A stretch of 64,000 nt of DNA from Octopus sinensis (taxonomy: Eukaryota): contig NC_042998.1 in NCBI RefSeq assembly GCF_006345805.1, positions 178,622,001 through 178,686,000 of the forward strand, in the 5' to 3' direction. A model generated the notes under the pieces. The model was not told the DNA's origin. It worked only from the letters and a program-made list of their open reading frames with translations, and ran no database searches. Each line of letters starts with the position of its first letter. Position 1 is the first letter of the stretch. A program made the position numbers and the translations under genes. Shown one piece after another: positions 38,700 to 52,112 of the stretch.

Positions 38700-39530
38700 A
38701 TCAATCATTTTAACATAATTGACCTCTAGCTCATATCTATTGTTAGAATTAAATCGTCAAGGTAAAATTTCTTCGAGTTGAGACAACCAGATAAAAACTG
38801 TCCTATTGATCTTTGATAAGGCATCTGGTTAGTTATAGTGCAATGAAGGGATCTAATCACATCGAACAACTTGCCAAAAATTTCACTCCATTGTCTTTTT
38901 TCTGGCATATTTCTTGCAGAAAGGACAAGCAATATTAAGCTCCTTAGTGTTCCATTTAGGTGTTCTATCTGACTGTTGTCAGTAGTATCTAACAAAATAA
39001 AGCAAGTCTGCTCATTTACTGTCATTCATTGTTATTGTAATTTTTGTTATGGAAATTGTAATTAAGATACCCATGCTGGTGACACGTAAAAGCACCAACC
39101 AATCATGGCTCTTTGCCAGTCTCCTCTGGCCCCTGTGCTGGTGGCACATAAAACCCACTACACTCACAGAGTGGTTGACGTTAGGAAAGGCATCCAGCTG
39201 TAGAAATACTGCCAGATCAGACTGGAGCCTGGTGCAGCCTTCTGGCTTCCCAGACCCTGGTCGAACCGTCCAACCCATGCTAGCATGGAAAATGAACGTT
39301 AAACAATGATGATGACGATGATGTAATGCATATTTAAGGTGAATATAGTGTATTAGATCAACCTTATTTATCCAGAAAGTCAGACAAAAATTGAAGTCAG
39401 TATAGTACTATAGCAACAGAGCAATTGATAAATCATTGAGCCGTATCTGACAGGTTGCAAACATTTAATGTCAGATGTATTGGTCTTTTAGACATATTCT
39501 GAGTTTTACAGCAACTTTAAACATCTTGTC
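38700..39530 (-). mobile_element. Decayed gypsy-type integrase core, split by an RTE tail
   Basis: IEHLNGTLRSLILLVLSARNMPEKRQWSEI...VIRSLHCTITNQMPYQR resembles ERxNGxxW..LALKSRNLP...W...L.SIRSLLCTATN.TPHER. Confidence 0.55.
39030..39322 (+). mobile_element. RTE 3' UTR fragment with two repeat units
   Basis: Shared tail ending (GAT)n; upstream part homologous to reverse complement of 57895-57960. Confidence 0.85.
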
Positions 39531-39659
39531 ATTTATAAACTTGAGTAGTATAGTCCTGTAGTAATAAAATGTTCAGTTGACTCTAGTGTCTTGTAGAGAA
39601 CTAAGAATTGCTCAGAGCTGATATATTCTCTGGTACTCAAGAGAGACATTAAGCATCTT

Positions 39660-39860
39660 CTTTTGCATCTTTCACTCATTGATTGTGGCCATGCTGGGGC
39701 ATTACCTAAAAGGGTCTAAGTTGAGCAAATCGATGCTAGTGCTTATTTTTTAAGTCTGGTTCTTATTCTAGCAGTGTCTTTTGTCAAGCTGCTAAGATAT
39801 GAGGATGTAGACAAACCAACACTGGTTGTCAAGCAGTAGTGTGGAACAAACACATACACA

Positions 39861-39894
<34 letters not shown>

Positions 39895-40140
39895 TGCACA
39901 CATGTACACACACACATGTACACAGACACATGCACACACACATGTACACACACATATGTACACACACACACACGTAGATATGCAACAGGCTTCCACATAG
40001 TTTCCATCTACCAAATTTACTCACAATGCATTGGTCAGTGCAGGACTATAGTAGAGGATACTTGCGCAAGATGCTGTGCAATGGGACTGAACCTGAAACC
40101 ACATAATTGCAAAGAGAGCTTCTTACCCATATAGCCATGT
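39660..40140 (-). mobile_element. SINE family B with internal (CA)n expansion
   Basis: Reverse complement aligns to 54087-54482; the microsatellite lies at the same internal position. Confidence 0.75.
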
Positions 40141-40489
40141 TTGCGTCTGTCATGGAAGCTGAGGATGTGTTTACATAAGAAATCAATAAATTCCAGATTA
40201 ACTCAGGACATTAAAGGAATAATAATAATAACAGTAGTAGCTACAACATAAAAGTCTGTTATAAAAGTTGACCTTTCAAATGTCCCCATTTTCTTTAAGT
40301 GATCAGAAATGTGAAATGAAGACAACCTAGATAATTTCTATCTAACATTATTTGATGCTTTAGTCAACTAATGTTAATTAGATCAAAGTAACTAATTGTT
40401 GCTGTTGTTGTTGATTGGTTTCAGGTCATCCTTAAGTAAGAATTTGATCAAAAATACTCCATCTGCCTCTTTCCTTTATTTTTTTGAGA

Positions 40490-40660
40490 CAACCGATGCT
40501 GGTGTGTTTACGTCCCCGTCACTTAGTGGTTCAGCAAAAAAGACCGATAGAATAAGTACTGGGCTTACAAAGAATAAGTCCCGGGGTCGACTTGCTCGAC
40601 TAAAGGCGGTGCTCCAGCATGGCCGCAGTCAAATGACTGAAACAAGTAAATGAGTAAATG
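40490..40660 (+). mobile_element. SINE family B 3' half
   Basis: ggtgtgtttacgtccccg...gctccagcatggccgcagtcaaatgactgaaac matches 54310-54480. Confidence 0.8.
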
Positions 40661-40773
40661 AGTATAGTGTACATAGGACTATATCATTGCTTGGGTCCTT
40701 TTCTTTTCAAGAAAGTAGAGTTTAATTTGAAGGAGATTGGGATGCTATTTCTAGTGGAATATGTAACCATGTA

Positions 40774-41118
40774 AAGGGTAAAGGTAAAGATCCCCTTCAG
40801 TCACAAATGACATGGGATTGCACATAGAAGGTTACCCTCCGAGGCACAAGTCTGGGCAAGGTGGTTTATAGAAGACCAGCAGTCGCCCATACATACCAGC
40901 CACCCCTCTCTAGACCACTGATGTTACCCAAGGAAAAACAAAGGCCATTACAGCTTGGCACCAGTGACATCGCAACTCATTTCTACAGCTGAATGAACTG
41001 GAGCAACACGAAAAAAAGTGTCTTGCTCAAAAACACAGCACACAGCCCAGTCCAGGAATCAAACTCACTACCTCATGATTGTGAGCCTGACACTTTAAGC
41101 ACTGAGCCATGTGCTTTC
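40774..41118 (-). mobile_element. SINE family C-related copy with 13-bp TSD
   Basis: TSD atgtaaccatgta at 40761-40773 and 41119-41131; tail reads (ccttta)n on the minus strand. Confidence 0.8.
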
Positions 41119-41269
41119 ATGTAACCATGTAGAAGCTCCCTTATTAGCCAAGGGAGTAGAGTGAGGAATTTGGGTGATGGTGCTGGGGCAAAATAGGATA
41201 TAAATTCACACCCTTACATCAAAAGTCATTATAGGCTGGTATGAAAAGGCTACTGAAGTGTTCAATATT

Positions 41270-41535
41270 TGTTATTGTCCCTCACTTCATTGTCATCATC
41301 ACCATCATTATCATTATTACCATCATCAATATCATTGTTATAATGATCACAATTATGGTTATTATGAACATTGTCACTATCCTCAGCATCTTTGAAATCG
41401 TTCTCCTCTTCTTCCCTCTCCACATCATTTTCATTGTTATCATGGCTTTTTATCTTTTTATCATCATTGTCGTCTTCATCATCAACTTTGTTGTCATTAT
41501 TATGGTCTTCATAATTGTCGTTATTATCCATAATA
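41270..41535. repeat. Degenerate (CAT/TAT/TGT)n trinucleotide tract
   Basis: Explains the poly-I/V and poly-D/N ORFs at 41241-41594. Confidence 0.85.
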
Positions 41536-42033
41536 CCTTTTATCCTTTTGAAACGAATGAAATAAGTACAAGTCAAGCACTGGGGTCAATGTAATCGACT
41601 GGCTCCCTCTCCTAAAATTTCAGGCCTTGTGCCTAGAGTAGACAGGATTATTATCCATAATGATTTATGTGTTAACTTTCAGAAAAGCTTGCATATTTTC
41701 ACTGTTCTGCTTACTTAATATGAAGAAGACATGCTAGATAGTCTCTTTCTTTGCCTGAAAATCCCAGTTTGTCAAAGTTATTATCTAGACAATTATCAAA
41801 ACAACCAAATGTGTTAATGATTATTGCTACAAATGTAAATACAATTTGGGTAGAAATGCTATTGTTCAATGCCATTCTCTATGCATGGTTTCTTTCTCAA
41901 TGATACATTTTCACTGGATAGCTGGCCTCTATAACAACACATAATTATGTATTCATGTATGATGTTTACAGTTATTCTGTATATAATTTAATGATAGATT
42001 AAGTTGATTTCATCTGTCATTATTGCATATGTA

Positions 42034-42195
42034 CCGTAAATCCTTGAGTATAGTCTGCCCTTGAGTATAATATGCTGGGGATTTTTAGGGGATTGTACCT
42101 CTGAAAAACCTAAACCTTGTGAATAATACACACCCTCCTCTAACTTGAGTCAATGAGGTCCATATAATGTCCTTGGTTTGTAAAAATGTATACGG
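42034..42195. mobile_element. Small pogo/Tigger-like MITE
   Basis: TA|CCGTAAAT ... GTATACGG|TA ends. Confidence 0.5.
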
Positions 42196-43039
42196 TAACG
42201 TCCTTTATTATCATTGTACATATAACATAATGCAAACGTGTAGCTTTTTGTGCATTTTGTTTGCAGAAAATAAAGATATAACAGTAATAACATTTAATAA
42301 ATGTTGCTTATTGCAAGTTTTGGATGATTCTTTTATTGCTTAAGGTATTTTCACGCCCGACATCACAAAATGCATCTGAATAAACATTGCCGGACAGCAA
42401 ATAGTATGCACTAGGGATTTTGACCTTTAAATTTTGGGAAAAAAATACGGATAATACTCGGGGATTTATGGTATGTATGTTTTCTGATATTTACTTACAT
42501 ACATATATCTACGTATGCTTATTCAGACGCATACTCACATACAAAACACACTTACACAAAACATCTTACTCAAGCCATAACATTTTGCTCATGGTTCCAG
42601 GGTCCTTGAAAACAAAATGCAGGTACCACCCCTACTTCATGACAAAATGATTAGCAATCTGGAGTGCACACAGATAAAACTAAAATTTCAAAGCAAAAAT
42701 AACAACATGAAAAGAATTGAAGTAAGCAGTAAAATAACCAGCTCCAAGATTCCAGTTTGGTTTAGTCCAGATAAGATTTATCAAACTTGAATATCAGCAA
42801 GTTTTTTACTTTTTAGAATTTTAGTTCAGAATTGAGTGACAAGAGGGGTCAGAGAGTTAAAGGCAGTCTACTAAATTAATTATTTTGCACAATTCAAAGA
42901 AAACAAAAAAAATTCAAGAATAACTTTGATGAATTTTGGAAGTGCCAGAAATCTGACAAACCATTTTGAACATGTCAAAATACCTCATTACTAACCTGTT
43001 GGCACTTAAAGGATGATGAATTAGCCATATAAATGGTAA

Positions 43040-44200
43040 ATAGAGAACTTAGCTTAGTTGCTGGTATATCCAGGCGTGTGCTATTGCCACACACGAACTT
43101 GCTAGATTACATTCAAAAGAAGGTCATTCTGCTACTGGCAAAGATTGACTCACCAATACACTATAATCATTGGTTTACAGACATGCTGTTTTACTTCCTT
43201 TTTATCTTATATCACAACTAAAATAGCCTCTATTTCTTCAAATTAGCTGGATATATATCCTTATTATCCTTATCACCCAGATGCACCTGACTTTCCTGTC
43301 ACTCTTATAGTATTCCATTGCAGATCCTGCACTTAACATAGCAAATTTTCCACAAAACTCAAACAAAATTCACATTAGAATGGTACTTATATGTATGGGA
43401 CTGTACTGCTGCTGGACATTCATACACCAAAGATTGCATCTAAAAGAGACTGTTGTAATAATTAACAATGATTCCAAGTCGGCAAGCTGGCAGAAATGTT
43501 AACATGCCAAGCGAAATGCTTAGCAGTATTTCGTCTGTCTTTACATTCTGAGTTCAAATTCCGCCGAGGTTGACTTTGCTTTTCATCTTTTTGGGGTCGA
43601 TAAATTAAATACCAGTTATGCACTGGGGTTGGTGAAATCGACTTAATCCATTTGTTTGTCCTTGTTTGTCTCCTCTATGTTTAGCCCCTTGTCGGCAATA
43701 AAGAAATAAGAAACGTTAGCATGCTGGGTGAAATGACTAGCGGTATTTTGTCTGTCTTTACATTCTGAATTCAAATTCTGTCATGGTCAACTTTGCCTTT
43801 CATCCTTTTGGGGTCAATGAATTAAGTACCATTTGCATACTTGGGTCAATCTAATCGATTGGCCCCTGCCCCCCCCCCCCCCAAAAAAAAATTTCAGGCC
43901 TTGTGCCTAGAGTAGAAAAGAATAATTAACAATGATTCCTGCACCAACATAATTAAACCATTGGCTCCTCTACCACTACTATATTCACACCTGTTCTTCT
44001 GAACAAGCTAACACACTCACCCAGGTCTACCTGCTCTTATCCCCCTGTCATTCTTACTGTGCCTCACCTTCCAGGTTCCATATTAAACCAGTTGCTTCTA
44101 CTCTGGTATTCTCTTCTCACCTATATTTTCTCTAACAGACATCAAGCTGCACACAGGCAAACAGAACATCAGCTGTCTCAATCTCTACAGTCCGAGAAGG
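43040..44200 (+). mobile_element. CR1/L2-like LINE remnants around a SINE dimer
   Basis: HTNLLDYIQKKVILL resembles LLDRIQKKAIRLI; similar to the family at 12430-12830. Confidence 0.5.
43476..43920 (+). mobile_element. SINE family A dimer (long-tail plus short-tail unit) within one 19-bp TSD
   Basis: TSD aataattaacaatgattcc at 43457-43475 and 43921-43939. Confidence 0.9.
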
Positions 44201-44279
44201 GCCTACAAAGTTTATGGATGCTAACCCTACACATTTGACTAATATATATGTGTGTATTTTGCTACTGTTATTGTATTCA

Positions 44280-44700
44280 TACCAAGGTTTCACATTATCT
44301 TTTACCTTTCTTTTTTCTTTGAATCATTGGACTGTGGCCATGCAGGGGCACTGCTTTGAAGGGTTCTGTTGTTAAATCATTCTCAGTACTTTTTCTTTTA
44401 AGCCTGGTATTTATTCTTTTCTACTCTAGGCACAAGGCCTGAAATTTTGGGGAGGTGGGGGCAGTCGATTAGATCGACCCCAGTATGCAACCGGTACTTA
44501 ATTTATCGACCCCGAAAGGATAAAAGGCAAAGTCGACCTTGGTGGAATTTGAACTCAGAACGTAAAGACAGATGAAATGTCATTAAGCATTTCACCCAAC
44601 GTGCTAATGTTTCTGCCAACTCGCCACCTTAAGCTTGGTACTTATTCTATCAGTCTTTTTTGCCAAATTACTCAGTTATGGGGACATAAACAAACACATA
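44280..44700 (-). mobile_element. SINE family A (44418-44629) nested in the 3' part of a family B SINE
   Basis: TSD taagc(c/t)tggta(t/c)ttattct at 44399-44417 and 44630-44648. Confidence 0.8.
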
Positions 44701-45944
44701 CACAAAGGCACACATTCAAAAAGTACCCAACTAGTTTTTTCCCACCAAAGCTAACATTGTGTGAATAAAATCTTTTGGACAGATGATGTTACCCTTTCTG
44801 TGCATGCAAGAAAATTTTCCCACTGGTGGGCCTTGCCAGTTCCTGGCTATTACACTTAGAGTGCAGATGTGCAGTGCATGCTCGTTGGATTTTCATTTTT
44901 ACTGAATGCACTGATATTGCAAGTTGTGCTCATGATACTGTAAATAAGCTTGTTTATAGCTTCCAACAATTTCTATGGAAGTCTACTGAAGATCATTGTG
45001 TCCAACATGAATATGGATTTAACTAAAGGTGCTAAACATATATACAATGATCTGTAAGTGCATATAGGGCACTTTTTTTAGGGTTTTATACACAAAACAG
45101 CATTCAACCTGGCTCTTCATATCTACACACACACGGGTACGTGCATGCACACGTGCACACACACATGCATACATGCCCCGACCCACCCACACATGCACAT
45201 ACACACACTCACACACATGCATACACATGTACACACACTCACATGCGCACACATTGTTACTGCAAAGGATGATATCATAAGGTAATTATTCTTTGCACCC
45301 CCCATAGCTGTTAGTAATATATAATCACAGAAGTTTGCAATTGCTGTTAAAACAAGTTATAATTACTAATACGTTATTATTGCAGCTGTAGATACCGTTG
45401 TCAAGGAGTTAATTATGTTGGTAAAGATTTGATATATATTATTACTTTAATTGAAGGATACAAACATGGTTCAGTGAGAGGCAGTTTTATTAGCAACACT
45501 CATCTTGACGTTTTACATTTCAGCAGTCATATTCTACACTTACTACTTACCAATATTTCTGAAACTACTGTTTCCAACTTGATAGTAGTGAGTGCAGTTT
45601 TGTGACACAGCAGTGAATTCTTCTTAGTAAGTTCATTTTGTGATCCAGTTTCAACTCTTTACTGAAGCTAGCTTAATTAATATTTTAATTATACTTCTAA
45701 ATGTTCAGTTTAATATATTCATTGCATTCTGACAATAAATAAATAAATTCATTCATTCATTCATTAAATAAAAAAAAAAATTCTTTTTATACTATAAGGC
45801 TTCATTGTAGCTTGTAGCATATCTATACTATGTCTTGCAAACAACTTGCATATGCAAGTGCTACCAGTCAAACGCTCCGCATACCAGAAGCCAGCAAGTG
45901 TATGGGGTCATCAGGAGAGAATTACCAAATTAGTTAACACCACG

Positions 45945-46090
45945 GGCATGGCTGTGTGGTTAGGGAGCTTGCTTCCTAGCTACATAGTTTCGGGTTCAGT
46001 CCCACTGTGTGGCACTTTGGGTAGGTGTCTTCCACTATAGCCCCAAGCTGACCAGAGCTTTGTGATTGAATTCGGTAGGTGGAAGTTATT
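45945..46090 (+). mobile_element. SINE family B 5' half
   Basis: Matches 54087 copy head; similar heads at about 22935, 48905 and 50090. Confidence 0.75.
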
Positions 46091-46799
46091 GCCGTGTGTG
46101 TATGTGTGCGTATAGCTGCTCAGTGCCTCTCTGAAAAAGAGAGAGGGATATATTTTTAATCTCAAGGTAAGCTCAAACAACACCATAAGTTTACAGTTCC
46201 ATTCGGTCTGTGATTGGCCAAATAAACAGGCTCCTTCTACTATGTCCTTTTGTCAATTATATAATGTGGCTGTGACCATGTTTAATTGAGTTCCTTTCAT
46301 TTCGTTTCTCTAAAGACACCCAGCTGGTAGTTTGGTTCTATCGCATTTACACTGGCATTTCTCACACAAGAACAACCCTTCTTCCACATGCACTAGCATA
46401 ATCAACCAAACTCAATGCTGTCATCTTTCATGGTTTACTAGAAACACTTCTGTCAAGTCTCTTTCTATATACACAAAGTTCATCTAATGTCTTCATGCAT
46501 TCATTGGCACTATAGACATCTCCATAAAACACCACTTACTTCTTTACAGAAATCTTATACAAGGCATTGACATCGTATGTAATCCACTGCTGTGAATAAA
46601 ATTTACTATTGAACAAGTTGAGTTTTGTCTGTCTGTCTTTGTATACCAATCACCATTGAAGTCTGTCCATCTGTCTCTCTATACCAACTACCATTGAGTT
46701 TTGTCCATCTGTCTCTGTATACCAATTACTATTGAATGAACACACAGACACAGTACCAACAAGCTACTACTGCCAACGTCATCACTTCAGCCAGACTGT

Positions 46800-47112
46800 G
46801 AACACTCCACTGTTGCCAGTACTGCCTGACTGGCCTTCGTGCTGGTGGCACGTAAAAGCACCCACTACACTCTCAGAGTGGTTGGCATTAGGAAGGGCAT
46901 CCAGCTGGGTTGGATGGTTTGACTGAGAACTGGCAAGCCAGATGGCTGTACCAGGCTCCAATCTTGATCTGGCAGAGTTTCCAGCTGTAGAAACTCTGCC
47001 AGATCAAGATTGGAGCCTGGTGCAGCCATCTGATTCACCAGTCCTCTGTCAAATCGTCCTCCCCATGCTAGCATGGAAAGCGGACGTTAAACGATGATGA
47101 TGATGATGATGA
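46800..47112 (+). mobile_element. RTE 3' UTR with an internal inverted duplication
   Basis: Inverted segment 46908-46980 flanked by ccagctg direct repeats; arms 46939-46980 and 46991-47032. Confidence 0.9.
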
Positions 47113-47284
47113 TATATATATATGAACATACATATATATATATATTCACACACACACATATTTATACATATATATATATATGTGTATACACACACTCATA
47201 TATATATCATTAACTTAACGATTTGGATATTTTATCATGTTCTTATAAATGATTAGTTATATATCTCAAATTTTGCTGTAGATA

Positions 47285-47322
<38 letters not shown>

Positions 47323-48224
47323 TTTACTGCTACTACTCCCCGCCTCCACCAACACCACGGTTGGTATTTCTGTGCAAGAGATAGTGGGAGAGTGAGACCC
47401 ATGTTTTGCAACAGGGCGTATGTTTCAGCATCTATGTCTGAAAACTGATATTTCATTCTGAGAGTGGTGTGAGAATTTGAAGAAACAGAACATAACATCG
47501 CTGCCACTGCCCTATATAGAATCAGCTGAAATTCTAAACCTTTCAAATTACATGTAAAACAATGTAGTCTGTTGGAACCAAATATGACACTTTTTTTTTT
47601 TACCATTATTATTATTATTGCAAAAAGAAACTTTACTACAATTTAGCGAGGTGAAAACTGAACAATGAAGAAGATAAAACAAACTCTAAACTAACTTTAA
47701 ACAACACTTGATTTGATTTATTTAAGAGTTAATTTCGTTAGATAATGAATCTGTGGGTCCACCCATCTACGAAGTATTCAGAGGGTAAAAAAAATGTCAA
47801 TTTGAAAATATTTCTTTCTCTTAGTTTTCTTCATAACTTCTATTTTTTGTTCCTCAGTTTTTTTGGGGGGGGGTTTTCTTTTTTTCTTTTCCTTTTTTTT
47901 TTTGCTCTACTTCCATAAAAATGAATTCCCTTAGAGAGATTGATATAAAGTTTCGAAACTATAAAATAGCTCAATAACTTTGGTAAGTATCTTTCATGCA
48001 TACATACACGTTATTGGTTCTTGATAGCATATTTATACAGTCTCAGAGAGGAGAAGGGAGAGTGATTTTGTGTGTGTGTGTGTGTGATAACTATTTGAGT
48101 TGGAAGGGTGTTATAAGCTTTACATTATGTCCAGCCATGTAGTCGTAAATAGTTAACCATGTGGTATTACAGTATGTCTCTATAATCAGTGGAGTCACTG
48201 TAATAATTGTAATAATAATGATTT

Positions 48225-48432
48225 CAAATTTTGTCACAGGACCAGCAAGTTCAGGGGAGGATGTAAGTTGATTAAATTGATCTCAGTCCTCAACTGGTAC
48301 TTAATTTATCAACCCTAAAAGGATGAAAGGCAAAGTCAACCCCAGCAGCATTTGATCTCAGCACCTAAAGACAGATGAAATACTGCTTAGCATTTTACCT
48401 AGCATGCTAACGATTCTACTAACTCACTGCCT
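48225..48432 (-). mobile_element. SINE family A copy
   Basis: Homology to other copies; flanked by taataattgtaataataatga direct repeats. Confidence 0.8.
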
Positions 48433-49184
48433 TTATAATAATTGTAATAATAATGAGCATCGTTTTAGTTGTTGCTGTTTAGTTCCTGATCAAAGAGATT
48501 TAAAATCTTCCTATATTTAGAGATGTTCCAGTGACTACCCCATCTTTTTATTTCTTTCGGTTATAGTATATCGAAGATTATTATTCAATATGTTCTTCCA
48601 TTTTTAATATTGTAGGGTGTCCTTTATGTGGGAAATTTGATTGTCATTACAAGCAGACTAAACCTCATTGGTTAGGAATAATGAATGTGTTATTTGGTTG
48701 TAGTATTAGAATGAAAACCTTTGATGGGAATAAAAATCTTTCCACAAATTGGTTTCTTATTCAAGATAATTGGTGTCACCTGTAACACAATGTATCACCA
48801 AAGTAACTAGAATCCCCAACATAACTTTACATCTTCTAAAAATTATAAATTAAGTTAATCCTTTCACTGAATCTAGAGTGAGATTCACTAGAAAAGTCCT
48901 TAATAGGTGCAAGAGTGGCTGTGTGGTAAGTGGCTTGCTTACCAACCACCTGGTTCTTGGGCTGACTAAAGCCTTGTGAATGGATTTGGTAGATGGAAAC
49001 TGAAAGAAGCCTGTCGTATATATTCTGGTTAAGAATTCTCTTGATTCCATTCTGTCTTTTCTTTAAAAGGACACATTGGACAATATAGTCCTAGATATAT
49101 TATGTCTAAAAGGAATTACAAAATGGTCACAGCTAGAATGTCTTTGAAAATAGGACTTCATGAACAAAACTGATCTGGAGTTAA

Positions 49185-49387
49185 CCTTTTAGCATTCACA
49201 TAACTCTGTCAAATGTATTCCTTATTTATTCACATTACTTTGAATTAGTCACACATTATCTCATAGCTTCGAGATTTCGATGATGCGAAGATATTGTAGG
49301 TAGGTGTAAGAGGCGGAATTTGGCCAGTTTTAACATAAAACAGGTAGAATATTTGGGCTGGATATGGCTGGTTTAAATTTTAAAGAG
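49185..49387. mobile_element. piggyBac-type MITE (TTAA)
   Basis: TTAA at 49181-49184 and 49388-49391; homologous to 5673-5890. Confidence 0.7.
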
Positions 49388-50225
49388 TTAAACACACCAC
49401 ATAGTGAATCACAATAGTAGGGTATGAACCATAAAACATTTTTTCTATTATACCCATTTCTTAAGTGTTTAGCAATCTGTAATTCTTAAACAATTCAACT
49501 ATTTCAAAAAAACAAAAAAATTACTGTTGCTGTAACCAAGTACTTTATTTATTAACTTAGTAAATAACTTTTCATTTTAACTCTAAGAGAATAGTATCAG
49601 ATTTTATGAAACTTGTAGTGTGTATAATCAAATACCAAACCAATTTGCATTTTAAAATATGCAAACTATTGAAAGCTAATATTTATGAATAAACCAGATT
49701 TTAAATTTTCTGAAATTTGTTTAAAACATTATTTTGTTGAATATTTTTACTTAAACTTGTACAATGTAGAAAGTAATATGAGTCATATTACTTAAAAAAA
49801 AAATAAACTGTACACCACAATAGACAAACATTTGAATACAAGTCAATGAATATTTTAAATATGTTTATTTTTAATTAGAAATAAACCAATTGGAAACAAA
49901 TCTCAGTTTTAAGCCTGCCATTCCAGAATAGAAAGAGTCAATCTGATATAGTTTCTATTTACCCAATTATGCTTACATCACTTAAGTCATTCCAAGTCTA
50001 TAACACAAAATATTTGCCCAAGATGCTGCTTTGTGAGATCAAACTTTGAACTCCATGGTTGCGAAGTAAATATCTTTATCATAGGTACAGGTATGGTTGT
50101 GTAGTAAGAAGTTTGCTTCCCAGCCATATAGATCTGGGTTCAATCCCACTGTGTGGCACCTTGAGCAAATGTCTTCCATTATATCCTCAGACCAACCAAG
50201 AAACTGAAACCGAAAGAAGTCTATT

Positions 50226-50286
<61 letters not shown>

Positions 50287-50966
50287 GGGTGGGGTTTAGA
50301 AGTTAGAAGACTGTACTAAGCTGTATTGTCTGCCTTAGGATGGTTTCTACAGCTGGATGCCCTTCCTAATGCCAACCCCTTTGCAGAGTGGATTGGGTGC
50401 TTTTTATGTAGCACTAGCAGCAGTAAAGTAACCAGGTAACTAAGACAACAACTCCTGAAACTGAGTGGTGTTGAGGGACAGAAATGGGTGTCTTGCAGTA
50501 AAGAAGAAACATGACTACCTCAGGTGGAGAGAGAGGAGAGAGATAAGAGGGTGAAGATGTGATGGGGTGGCACACCCAAGTTACTGGGAGGTGTGGGAAG
50601 TGAAGTGGACTGGGGGTGGGAGAGGGTGAGTGGTGTGGGTAAGTTTGCAAGGTTGCAAAAGGAGAGTGGGGGAGTGATGGGAGTGTAGAGAATGGGTATA
50701 GGTTGTGGGAGGAGGTATTAGGAGGTTATAATTGTACAGAAGAGATATTGTATGCAGGTAGGTTTGAGAGGGAGAGTAGGAAATGGGGGGTGGGAATACA
50801 GTGAATGGTGAACACAGGTGGGGATAAGGGGTTGTTGGGAAGATGGAATGTAGATGGAATTTTACTCAGCTGGACAGGTCTTCTCAAGCACAGCAAATCA
50901 CTTCAGTTCTTTGTCATTTCCTATGTGAAGCTCAGTATCTGAAGATCAATTCTCACTTCATCAGAT

Positions 50967-51790
50967 TTTCTTCTTCTTCTTCTTCAGATTCCTTCCACAT
51001 TTAGAGATTGACACTTCTTTATGCAACTGTCTTTATCCATATACATCACATAACCATACAAGTACAATATTCTCTCTTTCACACTAAATCTGATGCTTCT
51101 TATACCCAATTTTTCTCTCAAAATATTTACACTTTGTCGTATATGCACACTGATATTGCACATCCAGCAGAACATGCTGACTTTATTTCTTTCAAGCCTT
51201 CATGTACCCTTTGCATTCACAGCCCATTTTTCATTGCCATGTAGTATAGCTGTCTGTGAACAGGTTATCTTCCTGTAATCATTCCACCTTTTGCTCTGCA
51301 GGAGAGGCCCTTTGTTACCAACAAAGCAATAACTTTTTGAACTTTGCCCAACCAGTTCTTATTCTAGCAACTATGCTTTCAGAGCATCCTTCTCCACTGT
51401 TAATTTGATCACTTAGATATCTACTGCTTCTTCTAAGTATCCTCCTGGACATTTGAGGAAATCTATTTTCTATGTTTTAAGTGTTTATTGTATCTGCACA
51501 TCTGCCAAAGTCAAAGACTACTTTTTCTGTCAACCTGCTTGTGATTCCACTGCACCTTTTATATGCCCATAACCTGCATGGGCTACACCATATGGAATTT
51601 CTATTTACATCCTTTTTATATTTTGAGCAGGGCCATTTCCCCTAAAGGACCAGCAATTTGTCTGCTTTCCTACTGACAAGTACTTTGTTCTTTGTTAAAT
51701 TGATGGTATACGTGAAGTAGAAACCAGTCTGGAAGAATAGCTGAGATATCTTACTGTCTGCTTCTTCATGCTATAGGCTATCTGTTCATT
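50967..51790 (-). mobile_element. Decayed RTE-clade LINE (RT C-terminal half)
   Basis: WMCNISVHIRQSVNILREKLGIRSIR; upstream NLTKNKVLVSRKAD and NSIWCSPCRLW; same family as 2050-3005. Confidence 0.85.
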
Positions 51791-51896
51791 GTTTCACATG
51801 GTTGATGGATTGCATTAGTCAGCATTCAGATAGGTTTTTAGAGGATGACGTTCAACATTCAATGAATGAATGACTGACTGAATAATATATTTATAG

Positions 51897-52015
51897 AACA
51901 CAACAGCTGTTTAAAGTCAGAGACAGCAAAGCTAGACAGTAGCACTATGAAGAATGAGGAAACTGTAGCTCAGTCAAAGACTAGTGACAGCCCAACTCAG
52001 CAAACTCTTTATTAA
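51897..52015 (+). CDS. Possible terminal coding exon of an unidentified host gene
   Basis: tttatag acceptor, then an open frame HNSCLKSETAKLDSSTMKNEETVAQSKTSDSPTQQTLY-stop; no homology recognised. Confidence 0.2.
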
Positions 52016-52112
52016 TAATGCAAACCTTAACTTCAGCATGCTGAGAACCAAACATTATACAGTTTAGTTTCTATTAAAAAAAAAAAAAAGGGTTTGATAT
52101 TACTTTCAATAG

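Noticed and set aside
42995-43105. Minus-strand exon-like open frame (KFVCGNSTRLD...)
   Set aside because: Antisense to a recognisable CR1/L2-like LINE remnant.
47350-47390. WYFCARDSG resembling an immunoglobulin V-region end
   Set aside because: Short chance match with no upstream V-domain framework or recombination signal.
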